From a virus (lineage: Duplodnaviria; Caudoviricetes), in the IMG/VR virus record IMGVR_UViG_3300033066_001528, positions 32,001 through 96,000 of that record: a stretch of 64,000 nucleotides of DNA; one strand, given 5' to 3'. This document shows positions 35,903-45,273 of the stretch, one piece after another. The notes under the pieces were generated by a model that saw nothing but the letters and a program-made list of their open reading frames with translations, was not told where the DNA came from and ran no database searches. Within the stretch, counting starts at the first letter, position 1, and each line of letters begins with the position of its first letter. A program made the position numbers and the translations under genes.

Positions 35903-37573
35903 TCACCCTACCACCCTAAGACAAGCGATGGCATGTTTACACAAACGATGGTGACCTAAGGGGTCACGCTTAGTGGGCTTTGTCGCGGATCCGATGGGGT
36001 CACCAAAAAGATAACCTCCGGTCTTAGCCCAATATTCTGGACCCTGCCATCTCCAAAAGTTGCATGTGCAAGCGACTTTCAATCCAACCGTCAAATCAAC
36101 GATCACGTCATAATTCTGACCGTCACCCGATACGATGAATTTATGTAAGGACCCGTCTTTCTTGTGGCCCCTTGGGCGGATGTTCCTTGAGGAATGTAAA
36201 ATTTCCTTGCTCACCTTAGAAATAAGGTCGGAGATAGCAGAAGCCGTTTTAGGCTTCTTGGCGCTACCCGGAACCTCATTGACTTCATACGTGTCGTTTT
36301 GCACGGTCAACGGAGTTCTATCCGCATGATCATTTGGGTACTTAAGAGTAGGCGAAGTAGGTGCCGGGTGCCCCATATCTTGAGTACCCGGGCCTGGATC
36401 CATATTCCACCCCTTCGTAAAAACCTCGCGATAGAAACCCTGGACAACCCTTTGGGTAAGGGTAGCTTTCTTCTGATCTTTGCGATAATCCTTGGACCGT
36501 TCAGCTTGGCTTTTGTACCCGCCAGCGGGTAGCCGCCGGTAACGATCGGCGTACTTAGTATCTTGCCGAAGACTCCTAATCCTGCGGAATGAGGGTCTAT
36601 CTTTCACTTTTCGATATCTTCGGTTCGCCCTAGACTTAATCTGGGATTTGTTGCGTCGATAATACCTACGGGTATACCTTTTGGCATCACCCTTCTGATC
36701 CCTCTGTCTCTCCTCGAAGGAGGGGTAAAGATTACCCCCGGTCCTTCTAGGATAGACGTTGTCTTTATAGGGATGACCATACTCATCCCCAGGAACACTC
36801 GTAGTCCTAACAGGGGTATCCGTTTTCGGTGTGGGTCCTGTATCTGTTGAGATACCGGGCACGTTGTAGGACCCGTTGCCAGGAGGGGTCCGGGTTAGGT
36901 TTTTTTTTGAATCCGTTGGCTGGGGGGAGCTTCTTGCCCTGTCAGATTTATACCCCTCTCCCGGAGGGTGGTGAATACTATCCCCCGAGGGTCGGTTGAT
37001 TCCCTTGGATGGTTTTTCGCTAACATAGGTTTTTGGAGAGGTATCACCCACGGGTGGACGATATCCAGCCGTATGCGAACATCCTTCTGGGGGTACCTTG
37101 GGGTCACTTCCACCAACCCAATAGACGGTTACAACAATAGGGTCGCCGTTGTTGACTTTAAGCTTAATGAAAAGACCTTTTGAATCAACCCAACCTTCGG
37201 CTAGCCTCTTCCGAAGTTCAAATTGGAAGTCCCGATCGGACTTCCGACGAAGTGTCTGAAGGGTGGAGAAGAATTCCCCAATAGCTCTATTCAGGTCTTT
37301 GATAGATACCCGGCGCAAATCCATACGATATTGAGCATGAGATGTTATATCGTATGGAAGTATCGGGGAGACCGTAGTCCTCTCTCGCATGGGTTTGTAA
37401 ACATCCGAGGCACTAGGATTGTCTAGCGCCATATCGGACTCCACCTGACGAACAAGAGACTCCCTTGTTGCAGGGGTAACCCCCTTCAATCTAAGGATCC
37501 TATCCACAATTCTACACGGCCCACCACCCAAAGGCGGATATAAGTCTGCCTTTCTGATCCTCATAGAGCACAT
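35903..37573 (-). CDS. Multidomain protein with an Arg-rich segment and a C-terminal SWIM-type Zn finger
   Basis: CTCNFWRWQG...LCKH; ITSHAQYRMDLR (RelE/DUF4258-like start); basic segment shared with 6709..7191. Confidence 0.65.
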   Translation of the reverse strand: MCSMRIRKADLYPPLGGGPCRIVDRILRLKGVTPATRESLVRQVESDMALDNPSASDVYKPMRERTTVSPILPYDITSHAQYRMDLRRVSIKDLNRAIGEFFSTLQTLRRKSDRDFQFELRKRLAEGWVDSKGLFIKLKVNNGDPIVVTVYWVGGSDPKVPPEGCSHTAGYRPPVGDTSPKTYVSEKPSKGINRPSGDSIHHPPGEGYKSDRARSSPQPTDSKKNLTRTPPGNGSYNVPGISTDTGPTPKTDTPVRTTSVPGDEYGHPYKDNVYPRRTGGNLYPSFEERQRDQKGDAKRYTRRYYRRNKSQIKSRANRRYRKVKDRPSFRRIRSLRQDTKYADRYRRLPAGGYKSQAERSKDYRKDQKKATLTQRVVQGFYREVFTKGWNMDPGPGTQDMGHPAPTSPTLKYPNDHADRTPLTVQNDTYEVNEVPGSAKKPKTASAISDLISKVSKEILHSSRNIRPRGHKKDGSLHKFIVSGDGQNYDVIVDLTVGLKVACTCNFWRWQGPEYWAKTGGYLFGDPIGSATKPTKRDPLGHHRLCKHAIACLRVVG

Positions 37574-38139
37574 CAGTACTTAAGGTCCAAACCAAGTTTA
37601 GGGTTGTCTAGAGTAGGAACAAAGGAGCACAACCCAACTAAAACCACAGAAGTGCCCCCGGTAGCGGCCAACAAATTAGCGTCCGGATCATTGCACAAAA
37701 GACCATTCTCGCTAACTTTTAAGGGGTCCTGAACATTGTAAACCGCCGGACCCCCAGCCCTAACACCAAAAGCATTCAGGGCTATGGTTTCAAAATAGCG
37801 GAAAAGAAACTTGCCCCCACCAGCAACCATGGTAACAACACTGGCACCTGAAGCAGCGGCTGAAAAGCTACCGGCATTCTGATAAGAGGTGTAGTTCCGA
37901 TAGGTTGAGACACGGGGATTTGAATAATTTTCACTTCCGTACAACAAAAACCCTGCGGATGTAATTCCTGTCGATTTCTCTACGGTGAATTGATTCACAG
38001 GAGGTTGCTGCGTGGAAGTGTACTGAACCCACTGACCAGCTACCCAACCCGTAGACCGAAGAGATGTACCCGCATTCACGGAGAACCGATCTGCATGTTT
38101 GAGCACATCGAGGTCATTATCTGTTGGCATCATCGTCAT
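37573..38139 (-). CDS. Putative virion structural protein (decoration-like)
   Basis: Beta-rich; FETIAL...Y...L..SENG.L resembles YETNTL...Y...LIASRNGYL of 46199..46873. Confidence 0.5.
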   Translation of the reverse strand: MTMMPTDNDLDVLKHADRFSVNAGTSLRSTGWVAGQWVQYTSTQQPPVNQFTVEKSTGITSAGFLLYGSENYSNPRVSTYRNYTSYQNAGSFSAAASGASVVTMVAGGGKFLFRYFETIALNAFGVRAGGPAVYNVQDPLKVSENGLLCNDPDANLLAATGGTSVVLVGLCSFVPTLDNPKLGLDLKY

Positions 38140-38825
38140 GAAATGATCCTCGGGTGCTTAGGGACATCTTCCCGACCCTGTGGTACCTTGGCCGAGGTTT
38201 TTTGCTCGGTTTCAATCAAATAACGATTCAAGGTAGAGAAGTCTTTACCCCCTGGCTTCTTTACTATCTCCGTAGGAGTTGGGGGAGCTTTTTTAGAATC
38301 CCTCTCAGCCTCCCTTGGAGTCAAAGTGGAATTATCCATATTTTTGACGGCTACATTGGAAGCTCCCGGAACGTTGCTGATTGCATTGGACTCAGCAAAT
38401 TGCCGAACTTCCCTCTTCAAAGGCTGGTCCACAAAATAACCTTCGGCGCCGTGATTCAAGTACCTTGCGGCAACCCTAGTCGCTTGCGAGGACTTGTCTT
38501 CTCTGGGATGGGAAGTTACACCCAGATCCACAAGGAAACGATCATCCAAACTCAATCTCCCGCGAAGGAAATCTTCCCCCATGACAGTCAGGGCATAAGA
38601 AGTCCTATCCAGCACGTCCTCAATTTCACCCACACGTTCAGGAAAAGCCATCAATAGGTCTCCGGCCACTTGCCAGATGCGTTCTTTTTCTTGGGATTGT
38701 GATACAAGTTTGAGAACCCGATTCACCATGAGGTGTAATCGATGCACATCCACACGTGCACGTGTAACCCCTTCAGTGAGGAGAGCCCAAGAAACCTGAC
38801 TTGATCCTGATTTGGGTACTCCCAT
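38136..38825 (-). CDS. Hypothetical protein with an internal RVAARY motif
   Basis: Likely start MGVPKSG at 38825. Confidence 0.6.
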   Translation of the reverse strand: MGVPKSGSSQVSWALLTEGVTRARVDVHRLHLMVNRVLKLVSQSQEKERIWQVAGDLLMAFPERVGEIEDVLDRTSYALTVMGEDFLRGRLSLDDRFLVDLGVTSHPREDKSSQATRVAARYLNHGAEGYFVDQPLKREVRQFAESNAISNVPGASNVAVKNMDNSTLTPREAERDSKKAPPTPTEIVKKPGGKDFSTLNRYLIETEQKTSAKVPQGREDVPKHPRIIS

Positions 38826-38865
38826 GTTATCGGAAATGGGAAGGGAAAGAGGATTTACCGTAAAC

Positions 38866-39177
38866 TCAGAAAGGACCCGAAAAATCCCTAGACCTAAACT
38901 TACGCTCGTATTCACCAACCGTAGATGAGGTGCTGAGAATAGACTTTCGTATCTCATCAAGAGCGGAATAAGCCACACCGTATCGAGACGCGGATCCCAT
39001 TAAGGAATCAACTTCTCTCATAAGGTCCAGCAAAGAGTCATGCATTGCATCCAAAGAATTAGCTAAATCATCTGGATTCTTAAAACGAGCAGTTTTTTTG
39101 AGTAGAGGAAGGATATGTGGTCTAGCTTCACGGTTCTCATGGGCCAGACGGATAAGTTTGGTACGAAGGGTAGTCAT
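38866..39177 (-). CDS. Leader-tagged small helical protein
   Basis: MTTLRTKLIRLAHENREARPHILPLLKKTA. Confidence 0.8.
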   Translation of the reverse strand: MTTLRTKLIRLAHENREARPHILPLLKKTARFKNPDDLANSLDAMHDSLLDLMREVDSLMGSASRYGVAYSALDEIRKSILSTSSTVGEYERKFRSRDFSGPF

Positions 39178-39199
39178 GTAGGTGGAATTCTATTGATCG

Positions 39200-39751
39200 T
39201 TAACCCATTCGACCCGAACGCATCAATTGAATTTTCAAATCTTTGAATGCAGCATACATCCGTTCCCCTTCGGTAATGAATTTCCACAAAGGGGAGGCCA
39301 CTTTCTCACTGCCCCATCCTTCATTGGATACGGCTAAGTCAACAGCCCTAGAGCTATCCAGAAAGGATCGAATACCCTTGTGGACAAGGTCATAGGATGA
39401 CTGCATCCTCTCAGGATCAATCGGTGTTTGAGCCATTTTGGTTCCAAATTCAGGTTTAGTCCCCTTCATATATGTCCCACGAGGCCCCAAACCATCTTGG
39501 ATGTCACTAACCGATGTACGGATAGCAGCCAACTGCCTAATTGCAACGGATAGGTCCCTTGTTAATTCTCTATCAATGGAATCCCTACCGACCTTCCCCA
39601 GAAGAACCGAGACTTTTGACAAATAATCAAGAGCCTGAGTAAGAGTGTCAAAATTATCAGAGCTTGATTCCTTAAGTAAGGGCAAGAGATAATTTCTGAT
39701 CTTGGGGTTGTGATACGCCAGACGGATGACTTGAGATCGGAAAGGTACCAT
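39200..39751 (-). CDS. Leader-tagged helical protein
   Basis: MVPFRSQVIRLAYHNPKIRNYLLPLLKESS. Confidence 0.75.
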   Translation of the reverse strand: MVPFRSQVIRLAYHNPKIRNYLLPLLKESSSDNFDTLTQALDYLSKVSVLLGKVGRDSIDRELTRDLSVAIRQLAAIRTSVSDIQDGLGPRGTYMKGTKPEFGTKMAQTPIDPERMQSSYDLVHKGIRSFLDSSRAVDLAVSNEGWGSEKVASPLWKFITEGERMYAAFKDLKIQLMRSGRMG

Positions 39752-39775
39752 GGTCCTTGGGTACCTATCCAAAGA

Positions 39776-40897
39776 TTACTGAGCCGAGGAATCGCGACGA
39801 GTGAGTTGTTCAGCAATCAACTTAACTACGGATGGTTCTTCGTACGATCGGATGAGAGAGAGAGTTGATGGATCATCGGCATACTTCTCCACAGCTACTT
39901 TTGCTCTGGTTCTCCAATGGAGTTTCTTGTTCCAAGTAACCCCTGGAGCAATCTCCACATCATCCCCAGAAACAATGACTTCCTCCAAGGACGTTGGCAC
40001 CTTAGGTTTCACAACAACGGGTGCCTGGGGTGGTTCTGGTTCATCTTTCTTCGATGATTTTGCTTCACTACGGGCAATAGCTTCTTTCCGTTGTTTGGCA
40101 AGAAGAGCCGCTCTGGTTTCAGGGTCCAAAGCGGGAAGGATAGACTCCACAGTATCTCCTTCCGCCGCGTGAACCTCACCATCTGGTGTTGCAACTACAG
40201 CAACTTTTGATTGCTTCTTAGCTGCCTGAGTCTCCAACCGTCGGATTTCCTGCTCAACTTGGGAGGTATCAGTGACGGTCGTCTTCGAGGGTAAAATGGA
40301 AGCTATTTTCCCAACGGTTCTAGAATCATCCGATTCCGTACCGGAAGCCACCCTAGATGACGTTTTCTGGGCGGATACCTTTCCGTCTTCCCCAAGAACA
40401 AAACTTTGAGTAGCGGAGGGGAAGGTACCAACAACCTCTCCCTCTTCCGACCCACCAATATCTTTAGTGGAAGATTTTTTTGAGAATTCCCGCACGGTTA
40501 CATGGTCCCCCTCGTCCACTTTAACTACTGAAGCCGTGAACGCTTTCGGGGCCACTGTATCCTTTTTAGGGTCGGCAACTTTAGAGACCATGTTCTCTTC
40601 ACGGCTAAGAGCCATTTTGGTTTCCAGGGGGCCCCGAGCCTTACCTTGAACCAAAGCTTCTTGGGGTGATAAGTCTAACCACCCAGCCTTTACACTAGCC
40701 CGAAACTCTGGGTATTCAACAGATCGGCCATTGAACCGAAGTGTGACGCCGTCAAACTCTACGGTATCACCGGGTTTAATCTCCTGGGTTAATTTCCCCA
40801 AGTGGATATTCCGGTTAGGGTATAGGGGTTGAAATTGCCCGGCTACGAAATCTATTGTCATGATATCCTGTGGAGGGTGAAAGAATCTACCCCCCAC
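39776..40897 (-). CDS. Hypothetical protein
   Basis: 373-aa ORF with a low-complexity centre. Confidence 0.65.
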   Translation of the reverse strand: MGGRFFHPPQDIMTIDFVAGQFQPLYPNRNIHLGKLTQEIKPGDTVEFDGVTLRFNGRSVEYPEFRASVKAGWLDLSPQEALVQGKARGPLETKMALSREENMVSKVADPKKDTVAPKAFTASVVKVDEGDHVTVREFSKKSSTKDIGGSEEGEVVGTFPSATQSFVLGEDGKVSAQKTSSRVASGTESDDSRTVGKIASILPSKTTVTDTSQVEQEIRRLETQAAKKQSKVAVVATPDGEVHAAEGDTVESILPALDPETRAALLAKQRKEAIARSEAKSSKKDEPEPPQAPVVVKPKVPTSLEEVIVSGDDVEIAPGVTWNKKLHWRTRAKVAVEKYADDPSTLSLIRSYEEPSVVKLIAEQLTRRDSSAQ

Positions 40898-40912
40898 AGG
40901 ATACCCACAAAA

Positions 40913-41488
40913 TCAGTGTCCAGCGTTTGCCGGAGTCTGATAGGTGGAACCCCCGGAAAACGGATGAGCCCACATATAGCTCTTCAGAGAGCACCCACCG
41001 TGAACGACCTTTCGAGCGTGAATCTCGGATGAGACGAAACGGGTAGGATCCGGGGCCACACTGGAATCACCCGTAGACCGAGAGGCGATCTCGCGAAGGT
41101 GCACCATCTTCCCGGTAACCTTGACGACGACGTAGAAGTCCACGTTGGTCTGCTCGTAGCCCCAGGAACACGACCAGATGTCACCGACCTTGATGGTCGC
41201 CAGCAGGGCAGCAGCCTCAGTGGCCTCATTAGCCTTACGGTGGGCCTTATCGTGCGCCGCATTCAGAGCATTCTGCACAAGCTGATCCTTGGCTTCCTCC
41301 CGCTGGGTCTCCGTCCGGTAGTAGGTGTTCACGAACGGCTTGGTCTGCTTGCCCTGGAACGCGACCAGAGCATAGGTGCCCCGACCCGTAGTATAGGAGT
41401 GGAGCTCCAGGTTCGTACCCGCGGGGGTCTCGGTGACGACCTGGACGTTACTGGGGACGTAGAAACTACGGGGAAGTGCAAACTTCAT
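40913..41488 (-). CDS. Hypothetical early-type protein with an SH3-like C-terminal domain
   Basis: KVGDI...SWGYEQTNVDFYVVV; GC-rich codons; AAGGAG SD. Confidence 0.7.
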   Translation of the reverse strand: MKFALPRSFYVPSNVQVVTETPAGTNLELHSYTTGRGTYALVAFQGKQTKPFVNTYYRTETQREEAKDQLVQNALNAAHDKAHRKANEATEAAALLATIKVGDIWSCSWGYEQTNVDFYVVVKVTGKMVHLREIASRSTGDSSVAPDPTRFVSSEIHARKVVHGGCSLKSYMWAHPFSGGSTYQTPANAGH

Positions 41489-41508
41489 GGTCTGGGATCT
41501 CCTTCACC

Positions 41509-41538
41509 ACTATATGGATTGAGGCAGGAAGAAAACAA
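41509..41538 (-). promoter_or_regulatory. Sigma70-like promoter for 40913..41488
   Basis: TTGTTT-N18-TATAGT followed by an AAGGAG SD. Confidence 0.45.
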
Positions 41539-41551
41539 CCAGAAAACCAAC

Positions 41552-43111
41552 TCACCACCGAAACATACGGTAAATTTCCTCCTCCACGTCGTCCTGGATA
41601 TACTCCAATTGGAATACCCGCTCGATCTCCTTGAGCTCGTCTACCAACTTCTGATCCTTCGGAATGCGCCACCCCACGGACCCTGGGATGTTGTTGATCG
41701 ACCAGTCATCTCCATCGTGGCCATTGTTCCGCACGAACCACAGGGCATCGGGTTCCGCTACAAACCAGTTCCCACCGCCATAGGGGATGAACTTCTCACC
41801 CGTCGTACACAGATGGTCTCCCTTGGGGTGATGGCCGAGTTGCGGGGTTTCACCGTGCTGGCGGACGTATTTCTCGATATCATCCCTACGCTTGGATGCC
41901 TTGAGCTTGAGCTCCCGGAGCTTGCGCGCGGCCGTCTCCTTGGTCTCGAAAGTGGCAGCGTCCTGAGGTTGGGGTGGACCCGCGTAGATGGTGTGCATCC
42001 ACCCACGGTCATCACTCAACCCGAAAGACAAACCATCCTCAGGGTAGTACTGAGACTTGACATCCAGTACCGTCAGAACCTTCCCGGACTTTCGATCGCG
42101 GAAAACGTGACCGACCGGGAAATGGTCCCCACGAGCACGACCCTCCTGATAGATGATCACAATCCCCTTCCGCTCCCGTTCCAGACGAGCCTGCTCTGCT
42201 TTCTCTGCCCTCTCCCGCTCTTCTTTGATGTGACGCTCTGCAACCACCTTGGCAGCGGCTGCCTCCATCTCAGCTTTGAATTCTAGGATGGATCTCTTTG
42301 AGGTCTCATCGGGCATACACCACGCCCTAGCATCTGCATCCCACAGGCCACCGAGGTCTCTCGCCTTGTCCTTGAGCTCGAACGGGATAACCACACAGAG
42401 CTTTTCCTGTTTCCGACGAGCGATCTCCCGTTTGGCTACTGCCGCAGGCACGTTATCCGCCAGAACCTTCACTGCATCATAGGATGACTGATCCGGCATG
42501 CACCAAGTTTTGAACGTGTCATCCCAAAGGCCACCGAGGTCTCTCGCCTTGTCCTTGAGCTCAAAAGGAAGGGGGATACACCACCCTTTGGTCCGTCGGT
42601 TGAGCATCTCCTCTTTGATGAGGTCACCCTTGGAGCGAGTGTCCCCACCGCCACCCTCAATATAAGGCGCTACCAGTTTCTGGAGATTCTTTCGTTTGAG
42701 TGGGGTGAGATTCCGAGCAGGCGTAGACCACGTGCGACTGCTGGAGTCATACTCGAAACCCTGACTCTTCAGTCGCTTGTTGATGTGGTCAATCATGATG
42801 TGCGCCGGACCCGACACGTAGACAATCCCATTGGCTTCATCTACCTGAACATGCTTCGGGTTGGGCCGTGGGACAGGCTCATCTCTGGGGATGGAAGAAC
42901 CGCTATTCAGGTTCTCTACCAGTTTCTCCAGCCACAGTTTTTCCGTGGGGGTAGCCTCGGCAAAAGCCCACTTGGACCCGTCAACGGTTCGATCAGAACG
43001 AATGTAACCCCCCATCCCTTTGAGAGTGAGCTTGAGCTGATCGATACGTCGAGAGGGATCCGTCAGGAAAAGACGACCCGTTCCAGCTTCTTCCAGTGTT
43101 GCCAATGCCAT
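41552..43111 (-). CDS. Protein with tandem DUF5710-like repeats
   Basis: PFELKDKARDLGGLWD...WCMPD occurs twice, plus a degenerate third unit. Confidence 0.7.
   Translation of the reverse strand: MALATLEEAGTGRLFLTDPSRRIDQLKLTLKGMGGYIRSDRTVDGSKWAFAEATPTEKLWLEKLVENLNSGSSIPRDEPVPRPNPKHVQVDEANGIVYVSGPAHIMIDHINKRLKSQGFEYDSSSRTWSTPARNLTPLKRKNLQKLVAPYIEGGGGDTRSKGDLIKEEMLNRRTKGWCIPLPFELKDKARDLGGLWDDTFKTWCMPDQSSYDAVKVLADNVPAAVAKREIARRKQEKLCVVIPFELKDKARDLGGLWDADARAWCMPDETSKRSILEFKAEMEAAAAKVVAERHIKEERERAEKAEQARLERERKGIVIIYQEGRARGDHFPVGHVFRDRKSGKVLTVLDVKSQYYPEDGLSFGLSDDRGWMHTIYAGPPQPQDAATFETKETAARKLRELKLKASKRRDDIEKYVRQHGETPQLGHHPKGDHLCTTGEKFIPYGGGNWFVAEPDALWFVRNNGHDGDDWSINNIPGSVGWRIPKDQKLVDELKEIERVFQLEYIQDDVEEEIYRMFRW
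42345..42562. repeat. 35-nt exact direct repeat (42345-42379 and 42528-42562)
   Basis: aggccaccgaggtctctcgccttgtccttgagctc occurs twice. Confidence 0.85.
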
Positions 43112-43149
43112 GCAAGAGGTTACACGAAAGACTGACTATTTGGTTGCCA

Positions 43150-45102
43150 TCACGATTTTCGAAACACCAGAACAGGTTCAGTTGCATCCCCACGGTTGAG
43201 TTTCGCCAAGGGCATAAGAAGAGTAGTGTCTAGACGAAATCCCTCTTCACGGGCTACCCCCACTGTCATATCCACCAGAGGTACAACCTGACCCTTCCCG
43301 ACAGTCAGGTCAGCGATGTTGAGTATGAGGGGACCCCCCAAAGGGAGAGATTTGTGGGATGACCTCACCACGGGCCGAAGAAACCCCTCAACCCACTGAG
43401 TCACGGTCGCACCGTGCTTCAACCAGGATTGTCCTTGGCTACGGGAATATCTCTCTCGATCGAAATAGGGGGGGGAGGTGAACACAAGGTCTACAGGAGG
43501 AGGGTTGAAATCCTCCGCTGGCAGACAATGAAGTTCTGCTTCGTACCCAAGGGTAGCTGCCAATTTGCGGTTCCCATCTAGGGTGTCCGGCTCTACATCC
43601 GTCCCTACGTATTTGACCCCAGCAAGATATGCTCCAAGGAGGCGACCCCCATAACCTGAACATGGATCCCACACAACTCCACCTTTAGGGCAGAAATGCT
43701 GGTAGATGAACTTGGCAACCGAAGGACGGAAGATAGAGGGTGTTCGGTGTTGCATAGTCACAGCGCGAAGCACTCGATGGGGAAGCACTGGATCCCCTAC
43801 CTTGAACTGGAATCGGATCGCATACTTGAGCTTTTCCGCTTTGTGCCAAGCCTCAAAAGCACTTTCTGCCCTACCCGCCGATGCCTTGAACCGATTGGGA
43901 AAGAAAGGGTTGCAAGCACCGCAACCAACAGGAGACCAGGGCTCAATCCTGTTCTCCTTGAGACCTATCACCAACGCAGAGAGTCTCCGAAGCTCATCCT
44001 CCCACCGTTGTTCGGAATGTTGAGGGAAAGGGAATTCAATATTGGAGAGGATCTTGTATACGTCCTCTACCCACTGCTTCTGCTCCAACTCGGGTAGGCC
44101 AGACCACCGTTTTGAGTCATAGTTAGCCAGGGCCACCTCGGCTGAGGTGCGAGAGAACAGTCGCCTGGGACGACCCATCTTCCTGGCTGCAACACCCACA
44201 CTCTTCAATCGACGGTGAACAGTGGACGAGCCAACGTCATAGATGTCTGCAATCTCATTGAAACTCATCCCTCCCTCGTAGAGATCCTTGACCTTGTCAG
44301 GGGTGAGCTCTTTGGCATTCCGGTCCCTATCCCTTCTAGCAGATTCTACAGGAAGCTTGTAGCTCATACATTCAGGGATGAGTGGTCCCACCATCTCGAA
44401 GAACTGGTCACTCTGCCCTGGGAACGCAATCACCGTATCGGAGGATGTAGTTCCGTGAACTTCTGGTCGGAATCCCAACTTGCGAAGAGCTTTGATTGCT
44501 CTCTTGAGGGTGATGTCCCCCAGACCAAACGTGATCTGGGGGTGAAACCTGTGTGCTAACCGTCCATCATCCAGGTACCAGACAGCCAGAACCAATGGTG
44601 TCATCTCATCCGACAGAGACACGGGAAACCTCTTCTTCCGATCAGGTGGTGGATAGAACAAATCATAGTAGGATCGAAGGGTTGGACAACTAACTGTAGT
44701 GAACCCCCTGCCGTGGAAGACCTTCCCTTCCCGGTCCGTCTTCGTGGTGTCAAAAACAGAAGACACGTAAGGACCGAGGATGTTGACCTTCCATTCCAGG
44801 TATTCAGCCTGAGCGATGCAATGACCTTCGTTATAGCGCGCTGATTCCTGACTGGTGGCATCCATGGATCCGTCCCCCAAAAGGCTCCCAATGAGAAGCT
44901 GGTGCTGCTCAGATGTCAAAGGGGGGAGCTGGGAGGTGATCCTCTGGCCCTTTGTACGTGTGGGTATCCCCCACTTCTTGCGTAGCCTACCCACCCGCAC
45001 CTGATTGATACCATACTGAATCGCAATCTCGGTCTCCGTGAGATTGTCGACTTCGTAAAGCCGACGGAGAATCTCTGGTGTCAAATCGATAAGTGAGAGC
45101 AT
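43150..45102 (-). CDS. LAGLIDADG endonuclease-HTH-DNA amino-methyltransferase fusion
   Basis: LIGSLLGDGS and AVWYLDDG; two HTH segments; DPCSGYGGR SAM motif and FTSPPYF catalytic motif. Confidence 0.85.
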   Translation of the reverse strand: MLSLIDLTPEILRRLYEVDNLTETEIAIQYGINQVRVGRLRKKWGIPTRTKGQRITSQLPPLTSEQHQLLIGSLLGDGSMDATSQESARYNEGHCIAQAEYLEWKVNILGPYVSSVFDTTKTDREGKVFHGRGFTTVSCPTLRSYYDLFYPPPDRKKRFPVSLSDEMTPLVLAVWYLDDGRLAHRFHPQITFGLGDITLKRAIKALRKLGFRPEVHGTTSSDTVIAFPGQSDQFFEMVGPLIPECMSYKLPVESARRDRDRNAKELTPDKVKDLYEGGMSFNEIADIYDVGSSTVHRRLKSVGVAARKMGRPRRLFSRTSAEVALANYDSKRWSGLPELEQKQWVEDVYKILSNIEFPFPQHSEQRWEDELRRLSALVIGLKENRIEPWSPVGCGACNPFFPNRFKASAGRAESAFEAWHKAEKLKYAIRFQFKVGDPVLPHRVLRAVTMQHRTPSIFRPSVAKFIYQHFCPKGGVVWDPCSGYGGRLLGAYLAGVKYVGTDVEPDTLDGNRKLAATLGYEAELHCLPAEDFNPPPVDLVFTSPPYFDRERYSRSQGQSWLKHGATVTQWVEGFLRPVVRSSHKSLPLGGPLILNIADLTVGKGQVVPLVDMTVGVAREEGFRLDTTLLMPLAKLNRGDATEPVLVFRKS

Positions 45103-45204
45103 GTTTCACATTACGATATTGACACCGAACATATACAGAACACTGAGATGCACAACTCTGTAAGTTGGTAGATGTATGGGATTGTTGAGAGGATAGATTG
45201 TGAA

Positions 45205-45251
45205 ACACAAGAAAGACGAAGATCGGGTAACCTTCCGATTACCCGATCTTC
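45205..45251 (-). terminator. Terminator after the major capsid gene
   Basis: 13-bp stem gaagatcgggtaa/ttacccgatcttc followed by a T-rich tract on the minus strand. Confidence 0.7.
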
Positions 45252-45273
45252 TAGCTAGGTAAAAACCTATGGT

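Noticed and set aside
41099-42286. Long plus-strand ORF of 395 aa (also 16829..17749, 10541..11308, 23307..23990)
   Set aside because: Antisense shadows of well-supported minus-strand genes, with no recognisable motifs.
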